From an uncultured Oscillospiraceae bacterium (lineage in GTDB: Bacteria; Bacillota; Clostridia; Oscillospirales; Ruminococcaceae), in assembly GCA_964370195.1 (NCBI GenBank), contig CAYJIH010000001.1, forward strand, positions 92,621 through 156,620: a DNA stretch of 64,000 nucleotides, read 5' to 3'. Shown one piece after another: positions 18,155 through 27,103 of the stretch. Below the pieces are notes generated by a model that did not search any database, was not told the DNA's origin, and saw only the letters and a list, made by a program, of their open reading frames with translations. The translations under genes and the position numbers were made by a program. The first letter of the stretch is position 1. Every line of letters begins with the position of its first letter.

Positions 18155-18643
18155 ATGTGGAAACCCGAAAACCTGGATTGTTTTAACGAAATTGTTTACG
18201 ACATGATGAACGATGAAGATGTTTTGTCCATGCAACAGTTGCCGAGGCACGGCAAGGAATCCAATTGCTTAGACCATAGCTTGGCTGTAGCGTATTTAAG
18301 CTTTTTGGTTTGTAAAAAACTTAAATGGGATTACAAAGCAGCAGCACGAGCCGGGCTTTTGCACGATTTCGCATTGGGCGAGTGGGAGCGAGAAAACAAA
18401 AGTATAAATCGCCTCTGGAACCACCCCCACCAAGCCTTAAAAAATGCACAAGAACGGTATGATATTTCCGAAAAAGAGGAAGATATCATTGTAAAGCACA
18501 TGTGGCCGCTTACCATGAGTTTGCCACGGTACAAAGAGTCTTTTGTGGTGTCTTTAGCCGATAAATATTGTGCGACAATGGAAATGTTCCGTTTGCATAA
18601 TCCCCAAAAGGTGAAAGAAAAAATGTCGCCGGGCCTTATTTAG
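18155..18643 (+). CDS. HD domain-containing phosphohydrolase
   Basis: H...(CLDHSLAV)...LLHDFAL is an H..HD signature. AAGGAG lies 8 nt before the ATG. Confidence 0.7.
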   Translation: MWKPENLDCFNEIVYDMMNDEDVLSMQQLPRHGKESNCLDHSLAVAYLSFLVCKKLKWDYKAAARAGLLHDFALGEWERENKSINRLWNHPHQALKNAQERYDISEKEEDIIVKHMWPLTMSLPRYKESFVVSLADKYCATMEMFRLHNPQKVKEKMSPGLI

Positions 18644-18668
18644 AAAACGGTACTACAAAACAAATTCT

Positions 18669-18705
18669 AAAACCCCAATTGCACACACGGTGCAATTGGG
18701 GTTTT
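18669..18705 (+). terminator. rho-independent terminator
   Basis: AAAACCCCAATTGCA-cacacgg-TGCAATTGGGGTTTT. Confidence 0.85.
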
Positions 18706-18860
18706 ACGCAGTTCAGAAAAAGCCAATTGCGCTTTTGTATATAAAATGTTGCTGCGCTATGTATGACTTATGCGTGTGTATATGTTGTTTTTTTGTGTAT
18801 AGTGTTTGCTTGCCGCCTTGATGCTATAGAGTGCCTTAAACAAATGTGGTTTTAAAATAA

Positions 18861-18900
18861 AAAAGCAGCAGATTTTTTGCACTCGGTCTGCCGCTTTTTT
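18861..18900. terminator. terminator downstream of the S9 peptidase gene
   Basis: On the minus strand: GCGGCAGA...TCTGCTGC stem (one G-U pair) followed by TTTT. A and T runs are present on both sides. Confidence 0.55.
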
Positions 18901-18906
18901 GAACCA

Positions 18907-20862
18907 TCAAGAGGGATCGCTTGGCGGTTCTTCTTGCAAAAACTGAGCAAACCAAGCAGCCATTTCTTGCAAAAAACAAAGGCGTGTGCGTGGCCGGCTG
19001 CTTCGCGCAAAATCATGGCCTTCCTGCAATAATAAGCAAAGGCGGCTGGGTGTGCCACATTGCTTTAAGGCTGCATATAGCTGTAGGCTTTCGGTTGGTG
19101 GGCATCGATGGTCTTGTGCACCGTGAAAAAATAGGGTGGGGGTTTGGATGTTTTGCGCGTAACGCAAAGGAGAGCGCTCAAGCGCAAGAGAGGGGTTGTG
19201 CCATGGGTTTGTCACTTGGTCGGGCACAAAAAGGTGCCCGATGTCTGAAAGGGCGGCCATGCTAAACCAGTTGCAAATGCCACGCATGGAAACAGCGGCT
19301 GCAAAACGGTTTGTGTGGGCTAAAAGCCAGTTGACGGCAAAGCCCCCATAAGAGCCGCCGCAAACGCCAAGGCGCGTGTTGTCAATCCAAGGGTTTTGTA
19401 AAAGAACATTGTCTAAAAATGCCAAAATATCTTCGCAATCTTCGTGGCCATAGTGGCCTCGAATATCGGCGAAAGTGTTGCCATAGCCGTCTGAGCCGCG
19501 AGGGTTGCAATACAAAACAGCATAACCAAGGGCAGAAAGCATTTGCATATCGTGCGATAAAATGGGTCCATAAGCCATCTTGGGGCCACCGTGAATCATC
19601 AATATAGCGGCACACCTTGTATCGGGCGGCCGGTGAAGAGGCGGTAATAGCCAGCCGTCAATGGTGGGGGCGTTTGCCCTATGCAGGGGGAAGGCTTGTG
19701 GTGATTGCAAAGAATACTGAGCGGAAAAGCTTGTGTTCCATGCGCTGATGCGTGTCTCTTTTTTTTCTTGTAGGCGGTATAGCTCCGGTGGCGAAAGCCC
19801 ACGCATGGCAATGTAATAAACATCGTTTTCAACCAAGGCAAGTTCCGTGGTGTTGCCGGGCAAGGTGGAAAGTGCAGAAATGGTGCCGCACGAAAGGTTG
19901 AGCATCATGGGGTACGCATTGCCTTGTTGTGTGCTGATGAAAAAGGCGGTTTCGTTTACAGCGCATAAAGAGCAAGGCGCACCGGCGTGCATGTCGGAAA
20001 CAAGAGAGCTCCAACATGTATGGGTCCCGCCGCTGTATATCGTTTCGTAGGTGCCGTTTTGTTTTAGACGGTAAAATGCTCCATTTTGGTTTAGCCCGTG
20101 TGCTTTATGGTCGGTGCCAAACAAAAGAAGCTCCTTGTTTGGCAGCTCACACAGGGCGTGTATAGTAAAAGGGGTTGATGGCAAGGGTTGCGGCTCAATT
20201 CGATTGTCATCAAGATGCAAACAGAAAAGTTCTGCTGTGGCGAAGGGTGTGTGCGAACTGTTTTTTGCTGTAAACCAAAGGTAGCGGTTGTTTTTGCTTA
20301 AAAGGCAATCCTCCACTTCTAAATGGGGGGCAGTAAGTGCCTCGATATGGCCGTTTTTATGTAAAAAAATGCGGGTGCGACGTCCACAATAAAGGTCATC
20401 TCCTTCGGCCCAAAATGGAAATTCCTCCAGCACGGCATAGTGGTCTTTGTCTTCTTCAAAAGCGCCATGTGGCAATAGGGGCTGTTTTTCGCGTGCAAGG
20501 TATAAAATGCTGCCATCTTGTAACGGAAAAAGGGCTTGTGGTATGCATGGCAAATGCGCTACCAGTGTTGTTTTTTGTGGCTTATGCAAAGGCGCTTCGT
20601 ATAAAAGGCATTCTTCCGTTTGTTCGTTTTCATAAAATTGCAATAGCAAGTGTGTTTCATTGCGCCACCAAAAATTGGCTACCTCTGTATCCGTTTGAAG
20701 CGGGGAAAGGGAGCCGTCTTCCAAAAACCATACAGTGTTTTCGTAACGATTTTCGGAAAGATTTGCCTGTTTTACGGTTAAAGCAAGCCGCTTGCCGCAC
20801 ACAGAAAGATGCCCGGGAAGGCGGGCGTTGGCAAAGGAACTGGCACAAAGGGAAGGGTTCAT
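18907..20862 (-). CDS. S9 family serine peptidase (prolyl oligopeptidase / acylaminoacyl-peptidase type)
   Basis: The C-terminal alpha/beta-hydrolase domain has GGSYGG (nucleophile elbow), a ..HG..D.. region, and LLLQEGHDF. The N-terminus is beta-propeller-like. I chose the ATG at 20862 over the upstream TTG. Confidence 0.85.
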   Translation of the reverse strand: MNPSLCASSFANARLPGHLSVCGKRLALTVKQANLSENRYENTVWFLEDGSLSPLQTDTEVANFWWRNETHLLLQFYENEQTEECLLYEAPLHKPQKTTLVAHLPCIPQALFPLQDGSILYLAREKQPLLPHGAFEEDKDHYAVLEEFPFWAEGDDLYCGRRTRIFLHKNGHIEALTAPHLEVEDCLLSKNNRYLWFTAKNSSHTPFATAELFCLHLDDNRIEPQPLPSTPFTIHALCELPNKELLLFGTDHKAHGLNQNGAFYRLKQNGTYETIYSGGTHTCWSSLVSDMHAGAPCSLCAVNETAFFISTQQGNAYPMMLNLSCGTISALSTLPGNTTELALVENDVYYIAMRGLSPPELYRLQEKKETRISAWNTSFSAQYSLQSPQAFPLHRANAPTIDGWLLPPLHRPPDTRCAAILMIHGGPKMAYGPILSHDMQMLSALGYAVLYCNPRGSDGYGNTFADIRGHYGHEDCEDILAFLDNVLLQNPWIDNTRLGVCGGSYGGFAVNWLLAHTNRFAAAVSMRGICNWFSMAALSDIGHLFVPDQVTNPWHNPSLALERSPLRYAQNIQTPTLFFHGAQDHRCPPTESLQLYAALKQCGTPSRLCLLLQEGHDFARSSRPRTRLCFLQEMAAWFAQFLQEEPPSDPS

Positions 20863-21050
20863 AATATCACCACAAGAAAAGGATTTGTTGGTAGCCGGAA
20901 AGAACAAGTGTGAAAAGCAGAAGAAATCGTATATTTTGGGTGCTTTGTGGAAAGAAAATATGGTATACTAAAATAATAAAAACAATCTGCAGGCCATAAA
21001 GCTGAAAAAAGCCTGTGTTTAGAATACCATGCTTTTTTAGAGGGTGCAAG

Positions 21051-22454
21051 ATGATGAAAAATGTATTTGTATTAAGAAGTGTAGAAGATTTTGCTGCAGG
21101 AGCGTTTGAAAATACAGCGGTGGACGAAGGTGGCATTCAACTGGGGCGCCGTGGAACAGGCCATTTATCGCAGGGGACTTATACAAGCCAACCGTTTGCA
21201 ACCTGCTCGTTTCGTGTGTTAATTCCCAGCTGGAATGTAGATACACCGCCGGGCACTTCCATTGAATTGCAAGTGCGTGTGCAAGCACAAGGGGAATGGA
21301 GTGAATGGGTGGGTTTTGGGCATTGGAGCTCATTTCAAGATAGAAGTTCGCCCACGCCGCAAGAATACGGTTTTGTAAAAGTGTCGTCCGAGAGATTGTC
21401 GGTCTTGCCACAAACGCCTTCGGCAAGTGCGGCACAAATTCGCGTACATTTGCACACAGAAGAGGAGAAAAAAACACCCACCGTATTGTTAATGGCGGTC
21501 AGTGTTTTGCCCGATAAAGAGGTTGAGGAGCGCGAAGCAGTGCGAGAGCGCATGTTGGCAATTCCTATGTATGCCTCGTTGGTGAGAGATCCCTTGATCG
21601 CGGAAAAAATTGCAGACGCAACGGCGCTGTCAATGCTTATGAACCGCTGGGGCGTTGATATATTGCCGGAAGAGGTGGCGCGAGGCAGTTTTGATATGGG
21701 TGCACAGACATATTCAAACCTTTCGTTCTTAAGCGCCATTGGGGGTATTTACGATTTTATAAGTTACGTTGGGTTTGGTGGGTTGGATGCACTGCGCCAT
21801 GAAATATGGCGAGGAGATGGTGTGGCAGCCCAAGTGTGTTATAAAACAATGGAGAAAACAGCAGCGGCAGAAGGCCAAGAACCAGAGAGTTTACCGAGCG
21901 AGAGTGCCGAAGATGGGTGCCCTGCATGGGAAAAAGCGGTAAGAAGCAGCAAGGGGCATCTTGTGGTGGTGCGTGGATTTATAAAGAAAAACATGGAAGA
22001 ATACATTGTATTTAATGACCCACTGGAAACAAGCAACGAAGCCGTGATGCGCGAAGTTCCACTTTCACAATTTCGAAAGATGTATCAAGGCATTTTTTTG
22101 GTACTGCGGCGTAGCAAAAACAAACATAAAAATTATCGCCCGCAAAGGGAACTTGTGCAAATTAAGATTGACGAGGAAGAAATTTTGGCGTTTAAAGGTG
22201 AGGAACAATTGATTCCGGGCCGGTTTTCAACGCAGGAGCTAGACAGAAGCACGTTATGCTATACGGTTTCTAACGATACGGCCTATGCAAGTGCTGCGCA
22301 AAAAACCTTTTACTATGTGCAAGCAGACGAAGGCGGCCGTGTGAAAGTGGATAAAAGTGGCCTACACGGAAAACGGGTAACATTTTATCGCATTGGGCCG
22401 GGTGGTTACACTTGGGTGGGCGAAAAATGGGTAGAAAAAAAGGAGGAGCAGTAA
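21051..22454 (+). CDS. peptidase C39-like family protein, possibly non-catalytic
   Basis: The N-terminal region (..SWNVDTPPGTSIELQVRV...GEWSEWVGFGHW) and the segment GHLVVVRGF...IVFNDP resemble the C39-like (Peptidase_C39_2) family as I remember it. The position where I expect ..CSPTS..M.L..WG reads IADATALSMLMNRWG. Confidence 0.5.
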   Translation: MMKNVFVLRSVEDFAAGAFENTAVDEGGIQLGRRGTGHLSQGTYTSQPFATCSFRVLIPSWNVDTPPGTSIELQVRVQAQGEWSEWVGFGHWSSFQDRSSPTPQEYGFVKVSSERLSVLPQTPSASAAQIRVHLHTEEEKKTPTVLLMAVSVLPDKEVEEREAVRERMLAIPMYASLVRDPLIAEKIADATALSMLMNRWGVDILPEEVARGSFDMGAQTYSNLSFLSAIGGIYDFISYVGFGGLDALRHEIWRGDGVAAQVCYKTMEKTAAAEGQEPESLPSESAEDGCPAWEKAVRSSKGHLVVVRGFIKKNMEEYIVFNDPLETSNEAVMREVPLSQFRKMYQGIFLVLRRSKNKHKNYRPQRELVQIKIDEEEILAFKGEEQLIPGRFSTQELDRSTLCYTVSNDTAYASAAQKTFYYVQADEGGRVKVDKSGLHGKRVTFYRIGPGGYTWVGEKWVEKKEEQ

Positions 22455-22455
22455 A

Positions 22456-22848
22456 ATGACAACGGTGCGAATTGAAACGAAAGAAAAAGCGTTTATGTCC
22501 ATTACAGATAAAGTAAGCGAAGTGGTAGAAAATTCCAGCGTAGAAAATGGTGTTTGCCTTGTGTATTGCCCTCATACAACGGCCGGTATTACTATCAATG
22601 AAAATGCAGACCCGGATGTGGTGCAAGATTTGTTATTGGCGCTGGAAAAGGCATATCCCGATTTGCCGCAGTTTGCCCATGCCGAAGGGAACTCGGCTGC
22701 GCACGCAAAAGCGTGTGCGGTGGGCTCGTCGGTGATGATTCCGATTCGGGACGGTACACTTGCGCTTGGGCGCTGGCAAGGTATTTATTTTTGTGAATTT
22801 GACGGCCCGCGCCAGCGCCAGTATATGGTGCAGATATTGGGTGTTTAA
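22456..22848 (+). CDS. YjbQ/UPF0047 family protein (second paralogue)
   Basis: GVCLVYCPHTTAGITINENADPDV..DL......NSAAH.KA...G.S..IPI.DG.L.LG.WQGIYFCEFDGPR. The start lies 1 nt after the upstream stop. Confidence 0.85.
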   Translation: MTTVRIETKEKAFMSITDKVSEVVENSSVENGVCLVYCPHTTAGITINENADPDVVQDLLLALEKAYPDLPQFAHAEGNSAAHAKACAVGSSVMIPIRDGTLALGRWQGIYFCEFDGPRQRQYMVQILGV

Positions 22849-22885
22849 CGTAAGTTTGCTTTGATGAACTAGACGGAAAACACAG

Positions 22886-23500
22886 CTAAAGAGAAGGGGT
22901 TGCACGTGGCGCTATGCCGTACGAATGAAAATCATGCATGTTGTAAGCGTTGTCCGGTGCGTTTTTTTGTATCTTAAGCATATCTACTATTTTTACGCCA
23001 AGGCGAAAGGCGGATTGCTTGGCGGTATCAAGCTGTGCACCGCCACCAAATGCAGAGACAAAACCGGCAGGGGTGATGCCTTGTACCGTGAAATACATGT
23101 TAAGTGTGTGGATGACTTGCTGGCAGCCAAGGCTGCCTGCAACGGTAACAATGCCACCCACTTTGTTCCCGTTTAGTGGCTGTACAGCGTAGCTTCGATC
23201 TAGTATCATCTTACATTGTGCGGTAACATCATAAAAATAAACGGGCGAGCCAAACACAATGCCATCAGCTTCTTGCATGGCTTTTAACAGGCCGGTAATG
23301 TCGTCATCAAGGGGGCAGGTAAGGCCTTTTTCACAGGCAAGGCAGCCACTGCATGGCTGGAGTTTTTTTCCATTCAGTGTAAATAGTTCCGTTTTGGCGC
23401 CTTGGCTTTCGCTACCCAAAAGCACTTCATGCAAAAGGGAGGCTGTGTTTTGTTTGGCGCGCGGGCTGGCGCAAATGGCGAGCACTTTGTATTGTTGCAT
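22886..23500 (-). CDS. flavodoxin-like fold FMN reductase / iron-sulfur flavoprotein-type protein
   Basis: KVLAICASPR...NT; a Cys cluster C..C..C.....C (PCSGCLACEKGLTCP); DGIVFGSPVYF. The ATG at 23500 is preceded by AAGGAGAC. Confidence 0.75.
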   Translation of the reverse strand: MQQYKVLAICASPRAKQNTASLLHEVLLGSESQGAKTELFTLNGKKLQPCSGCLACEKGLTCPLDDDITGLLKAMQEADGIVFGSPVYFYDVTAQCKMILDRSYAVQPLNGNKVGGIVTVAGSLGCQQVIHTLNMYFTVQGITPAGFVSAFGGGAQLDTAKQSAFRLGVKIVDMLKIQKNAPDNAYNMHDFHSYGIAPRATPSL

Positions 23501-23681
23501 AAGAGTCTCCTTCTTGGTGGTGAACATAGAGGTGTTTTTGTAAAATACAATTATATTATACAATAGAATGTAGCTTTGTACCAAGAGTTGCTTTGTAGCA
23601 GTTATGTTTTGGTAAATATAGTTGCACAAAATAAAAAATGCTGTTTTTTTTGTAAAAACACTTTTCAAATTGTTTTAAATT

Positions 23682-23690
23682 TGCTATAAT
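23682..23690 (+). promoter_or_regulatory. extended -10 element upstream of the tRNA
   Basis: TGcTATAAT ends 18 nt before the tRNA 5' end. The -35 is weak. Confidence 0.5.
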
Positions 23691-23707
23691 GGATAAGCTA
23701 AAGATTT

Positions 23708-23784
23708 GGGCCTTTAGCTCAGTTGGTTAGAGCATCCGGCTCATAACCGGACGGTCCCGGGTTCAAGTCCCTGAAGGCCCACCA
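23708..23784 (+). tRNA. tRNA with CAU anticodon; body is Ile-like (probably tRNA-Ile2, lysidine-modified), alternatively elongator tRNA-Met
   Basis: The cloverleaf can be folded by hand: acceptor GGGCCTT/AAGGCCC, D arm GCTC-AGTTGGTTA-GAGC, anticodon arm TCCGG-CTCATAA-CCGGA, T arm CCGGG-TTCAAGT-CCCTG (one mismatch), and an encoded CCA. It is not an initiator (1-72 is paired, and there is no GGG/CCC anticodon stem). Confidence 0.88.
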
Positions 23785-23785
23785 T

Positions 23786-23822
23786 GCCACCAAAAACTGC
23801 TTGCAGTTTTTGGTGGCTTTCT
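23786..23822 (+). terminator. rho-independent terminator after the tRNA
   Basis: 15-bp stem GCCACCAAAAACTGC-tt-GCAGTTTTTGGTGGC followed by TTT. Confidence 0.8.
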
Positions 23823-23995
23823 TGTTATATGCGATAAAAATGAAGATGAAATTAAAAAAATGAGAACACCAAAATTTTTTTGCAAAACACTGGTTTTTTC
23901 ATTAAAAAAGAGATATAATGAATTCAATATGCCGGAGATAAAACAACAAAGGAAATACCGGCAAACAAAGTACAACAAAGAAGAAGGAGATGTTT

Positions 23996-24625
23996 ATGGA
24001 TTTCACAAAACAAAGTTGTCAAGAATTTGTACAAGTGCTAGCGAGCAAAGAGCCGGTGCCCGGAGGCGGTGGTGCCTCTGCTTTGGTGGGGGCCATTGGC
24101 ATGGCGCTTGGCAACATGGTGGGTAGCCTCACCGTTGGCAAAAAAAAGTATGCAGATGTGCAAGAGGATATTATTGAATTAAAAGGGAAAGCCGACGCCC
24201 TGCAAGACGAATTGCTGGAGCTTGTACGCCGTGATGCAGAGGTGTTTGAGCCACTGTCGCGCGCATATGGCATGCCAAAAGAAACAGACGAGCAAAAACA
24301 GGAAAAAGAGCGTGTGATGGAAGCCGCTTTAAAAGAAGCTTGTGATGTGCCGCTTCAAATTATGGAAAAATGCTGCAATGCAATTGATTTGCATGAAGAT
24401 TTTGAGAAAAAAGGAACAGCCATTGCTATTAGTGATGTGGGCGTGGGTGTGGTGATGTGCCGTGCAGCCTTGCAAGGTGCCAGCCTAAATGTGTTCATCA
24501 ACACCAAAATCATGAAAGACCGTGCGCATGCAGACGAAGCAAACAAAAAGGCGAATGACATGCTAAGCGCCTATTGTGCCAAAGCGGATGAAATTTATGA
24601 GCGCGTGAGCCGCCGTTTCGACTAA
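23996..24625 (+). CDS. fchA: cyclodeaminase/cyclohydrolase family protein (FtcD C-terminal / FchA-like)
   Basis: F...LASKEPVPGGGGASALVGAIGMALGNMV is the characteristic N-terminal motif. GAAGGAG lies 6 nt before the ATG at 23996. Confidence 0.8.
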   Translation: MDFTKQSCQEFVQVLASKEPVPGGGGASALVGAIGMALGNMVGSLTVGKKKYADVQEDIIELKGKADALQDELLELVRRDAEVFEPLSRAYGMPKETDEQKQEKERVMEAALKEACDVPLQIMEKCCNAIDLHEDFEKKGTAIAISDVGVGVVMCRAALQGASLNVFINTKIMKDRAHADEANKKANDMLSAYCAKADEIYERVSRRFD

Positions 24626-24672
24626 TTTCGACTTAAAAATAGAGTGAGTATAAACGAAGGAGAACATAAATT

Positions 24673-25530
24673 ATGGCAGAGCTATTAAAAGGTGCACCCG
24701 TTGTGGCTGCAATGAACGAACAAGTGGCTGCAGAGGTGCAAGCACTAAAAGAAAAAAATGTAGATGCCACTTTGGCTATTGTGCGTGTGGGCGAAAAACC
24801 CGACGACATTGCGTATGAGCAAGGCGCAACAAAACGTTGCGAAAAAGTGGGTGTTGCCGTGCGTCATGTTACGTTGCCGCAAGATATCACCGAAGAAGAT
24901 TTGAAAAAAGAAATTTGCACTTTAAATGACGACAGCGGCGTGCACGGCGTATTGTTGCTTCGTCCGTTGCCTTCGCACATAAGCGATAACGATGTGTGCA
25001 ACACATTGGCACCGGAAAAAGACGTGGACGGCATTACAAACGGTTCTTTGGCAGGTGTATATGCAGGCACAGATCTTGGTTATCCGCCGTGCACAGCACA
25101 AGCTTGCATGGAGATTTTGGATTTTTACAATGTGGACTTAACCGGCAAAAAAGCGGCAGTTGTTGGCCGTAGCCTAGTGGTGGGCAAACCTTTGGCCATG
25201 ATGCTGGTGGGTAAAAATGCTACCGTTACTGTGTGCCACACACGTACAAACGATCTGCCGGGCACTTGCCGTGATGCAGATGTGGTGGCTGTTTGTGCCG
25301 GCCGCAAAGCACGTGGCTTTACAAGCGATTACTTTGCAAAAGACCAGTATGTGCTAGATGTTGGTATTTATGTGGACGAAAATGGAAAAATGTGCGGAGA
25401 CGTTGATTTTGATGCAGTAGAGCCATTGGTGGGTGGTGTTACACCTGTTCCGGGTGGTGTTGGCACTGTAACAACTTCGGTGCTTGTGAAGCACGTAGTG
25501 CAAGCTGCAAAAAAACAAAACAACCTGTAA
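24673..25530 (+). CDS. folD: bifunctional methylenetetrahydrofolate dehydrogenase / methenyltetrahydrofolate cyclohydrolase
   Basis: ATLAIVRVGE.PDD..Y, GVLLLRPLP, EKDVDG, PCTAQAC, VVGRSLVVGKPLAMML, TVCH..T, and PVPGGVGTVTT are all FolD hallmarks. Confidence 0.95.
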   Translation: MAELLKGAPVVAAMNEQVAAEVQALKEKNVDATLAIVRVGEKPDDIAYEQGATKRCEKVGVAVRHVTLPQDITEEDLKKEICTLNDDSGVHGVLLLRPLPSHISDNDVCNTLAPEKDVDGITNGSLAGVYAGTDLGYPPCTAQACMEILDFYNVDLTGKKAAVVGRSLVVGKPLAMMLVGKNATVTVCHTRTNDLPGTCRDADVVAVCAGRKARGFTSDYFAKDQYVLDVGIYVDENGKMCGDVDFDAVEPLVGGVTPVPGGVGTVTTSVLVKHVVQAAKKQNNL

Positions 25531-25625
25531 AAGATGTGTTGTAACGCATCGTAAGCGTTATACCAAGATAAGAAATCATCTCCCGGCCGGGCTGGCCGGG
25601 AGATTCACTATGAAAGAGGGTTTGG

Positions 25626-26927
25626 ATGGATAGACAAGGTGCCATTCGTTATATGGGGGAAGTGAGCTGGAAGGAGAGCCGGCCGGGGCTTGCACGCATG
25701 GATGCGCTTTTGCAGTCTATGGGCTCACCGCAGGAGACGTTGCAGTTCATTCATGTGGCGGGCACAAATGGAAAAGGCAGTGTGTGCAGCATGTTGTCCT
25801 CTGTGCTCATAAAAGCCGGGTACAAGGTGGGGCTGTATACATCTCCGTTTGTCAATTGTTTTAACGAGCGCATTCAAGTGAATGGGGTGTACATCACGGA
25901 TGAAGAAGTGGTGAGCTTAACACAAGAGGTGCGCACCCACGCAGATAAGTTGCCAGAGCACCCAACAGAATTTGAACTTGTAACGGCGCTTGGTCTTTTG
26001 TTTTTTGCAAAGGAAAAGTGTGATGTGGTGGTGCTGGAGGTAGGCCTTGGTGGGCGCTTGGATGCAACAAATATTATTGCGCCTCCGAAACTTTCTGTTA
26101 TTACAACGATTGGCTTTGACCACACGGCAGAGCTTGGCAATGAGCTTGAACAAATTGCGGCAGAAAAGGCCGGCATTATCAAACAAGGTAGTATTGTGGT
26201 AAGTGCGCCACAAAAACAGGCGGCGGCCTCTGTTTTGAAAGAGCGGTGCGAAGCGTTGTCGGTTCCTCTTTTTACAACAGAAATAGAGCATCTTACAAGA
26301 CTTTCTTCCGACATCCACGGCCAGCGTTTTTGTTGGAAGGAACAGGAGTTTTGCATACAGCTTGTGGGGGAATATCAGCTGGAAAATGCGGCTGTTGCCC
26401 TTACCGCAATTGAGTGTTTAAAAAATCAAAACTACAACATAAACGACACCGCGATAAAAGAAGGTTTGCTTGCGGCCAGTTGGCCGGCTCGGCTGGAGTT
26501 ATTGAGCGAAAAACCGGTGTTCTTTTTGGACGGCGGGCACAATTTGCAAGGGGCTGAGGTGTTGGCCCAAAGTTTGCAAGCATTGTATCCGGGCCGGAAA
26601 TGGCATTTTGTAATGGGTGTGATGCGCGACAAAGATTGGCGTGGCATGTTGCAGCACGTGTTGCCCCTGGCCGAGCGTGTGTTCTGTGTAGCATCAGACC
26701 GAATGCGTGCTTTGCCGGCAGATGAACTGGCACAGGGGATTGAAAACTGGCAAAAGCAGCTGCCTACACAGGCGTGTTCTAGCATTGTGCAAGGGATAGA
26801 AAGCGCGATAGCCTCGGCTGGGGAAGAGGGGCTGGTGTGTGCGTTTGGCTCTCTTTATACTGCAGGTGAAGTGCGCGAGTATTTTGGTCTTGCGAAGTAT
26901 CAAAAAAAAGATAGCTTTGAGGCATAA
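25626..26927 (+). CDS. folC: bifunctional folylpolyglutamate synthase / dihydrofolate synthase
   Basis: HVAGTNGKGSV (P-loop), YTSPF, EVGLGGRLDATN, DH....G, AAEKAGIIK. Confidence 0.9.
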   Translation: MDRQGAIRYMGEVSWKESRPGLARMDALLQSMGSPQETLQFIHVAGTNGKGSVCSMLSSVLIKAGYKVGLYTSPFVNCFNERIQVNGVYITDEEVVSLTQEVRTHADKLPEHPTEFELVTALGLLFFAKEKCDVVVLEVGLGGRLDATNIIAPPKLSVITTIGFDHTAELGNELEQIAAEKAGIIKQGSIVVSAPQKQAAASVLKERCEALSVPLFTTEIEHLTRLSSDIHGQRFCWKEQEFCIQLVGEYQLENAAVALTAIECLKNQNYNINDTAIKEGLLAASWPARLELLSEKPVFFLDGGHNLQGAEVLAQSLQALYPGRKWHFVMGVMRDKDWRGMLQHVLPLAERVFCVASDRMRALPADELAQGIENWQKQLPTQACSSIVQGIESAIASAGEEGLVCAFGSLYTAGEVREYFGLAKYQKKDSFEA

Positions 26928-26950
26928 AATGCGGATAGGCATTGTAAATA

Positions 26951-26996
26951 AAAAAGCGAAACGTCGAAAACGTGAATATTTCGATGTTTCGCTTTT
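26951..26996 (+). terminator. rho-independent terminator after folC
   Basis: AGCGAAACGTCGAAA...TTTCGATGTTTCGCT (15-bp stem with one G-U pair) followed by TTTTT. Confidence 0.8.
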
Positions 26997-27103
26997 TATT
27001 AAAACTCTGTTTCGCATCGCAACCAAATGTAAACATAAGTTGCGGTGCAGTTGATAGACAGATACGTATTGCAGTGGCATAATGCACTTAGGAGGTGACG
27101 GTT

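Noticed and set aside
17962-18186. 74-aa ORF upstream of the HD-domain gene.
   Set aside because: It has a TTG start without an SD, overlaps the well-supported HD gene start (AAGGAG-N8-ATG at 18155) in another frame, and shows no motif. It is more likely an untranslated leader.
4166-22848. Two YjbQ/UPF0047 paralogues (4166-4582 and 22456-22848) as a possible linked system.
   Set aside because: They are 18 kb apart on opposite strands in unrelated neighbourhoods. Multiple YjbQ copies are common, and nothing in the sequence links them.
23600-24000. The tRNA locus as a possible integration site or genomic-island boundary.
   Set aside because: I found no integrase, no direct repeat of the tRNA 3' end, and no compositional break. 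The flanking genes are ordinary metabolic genes.
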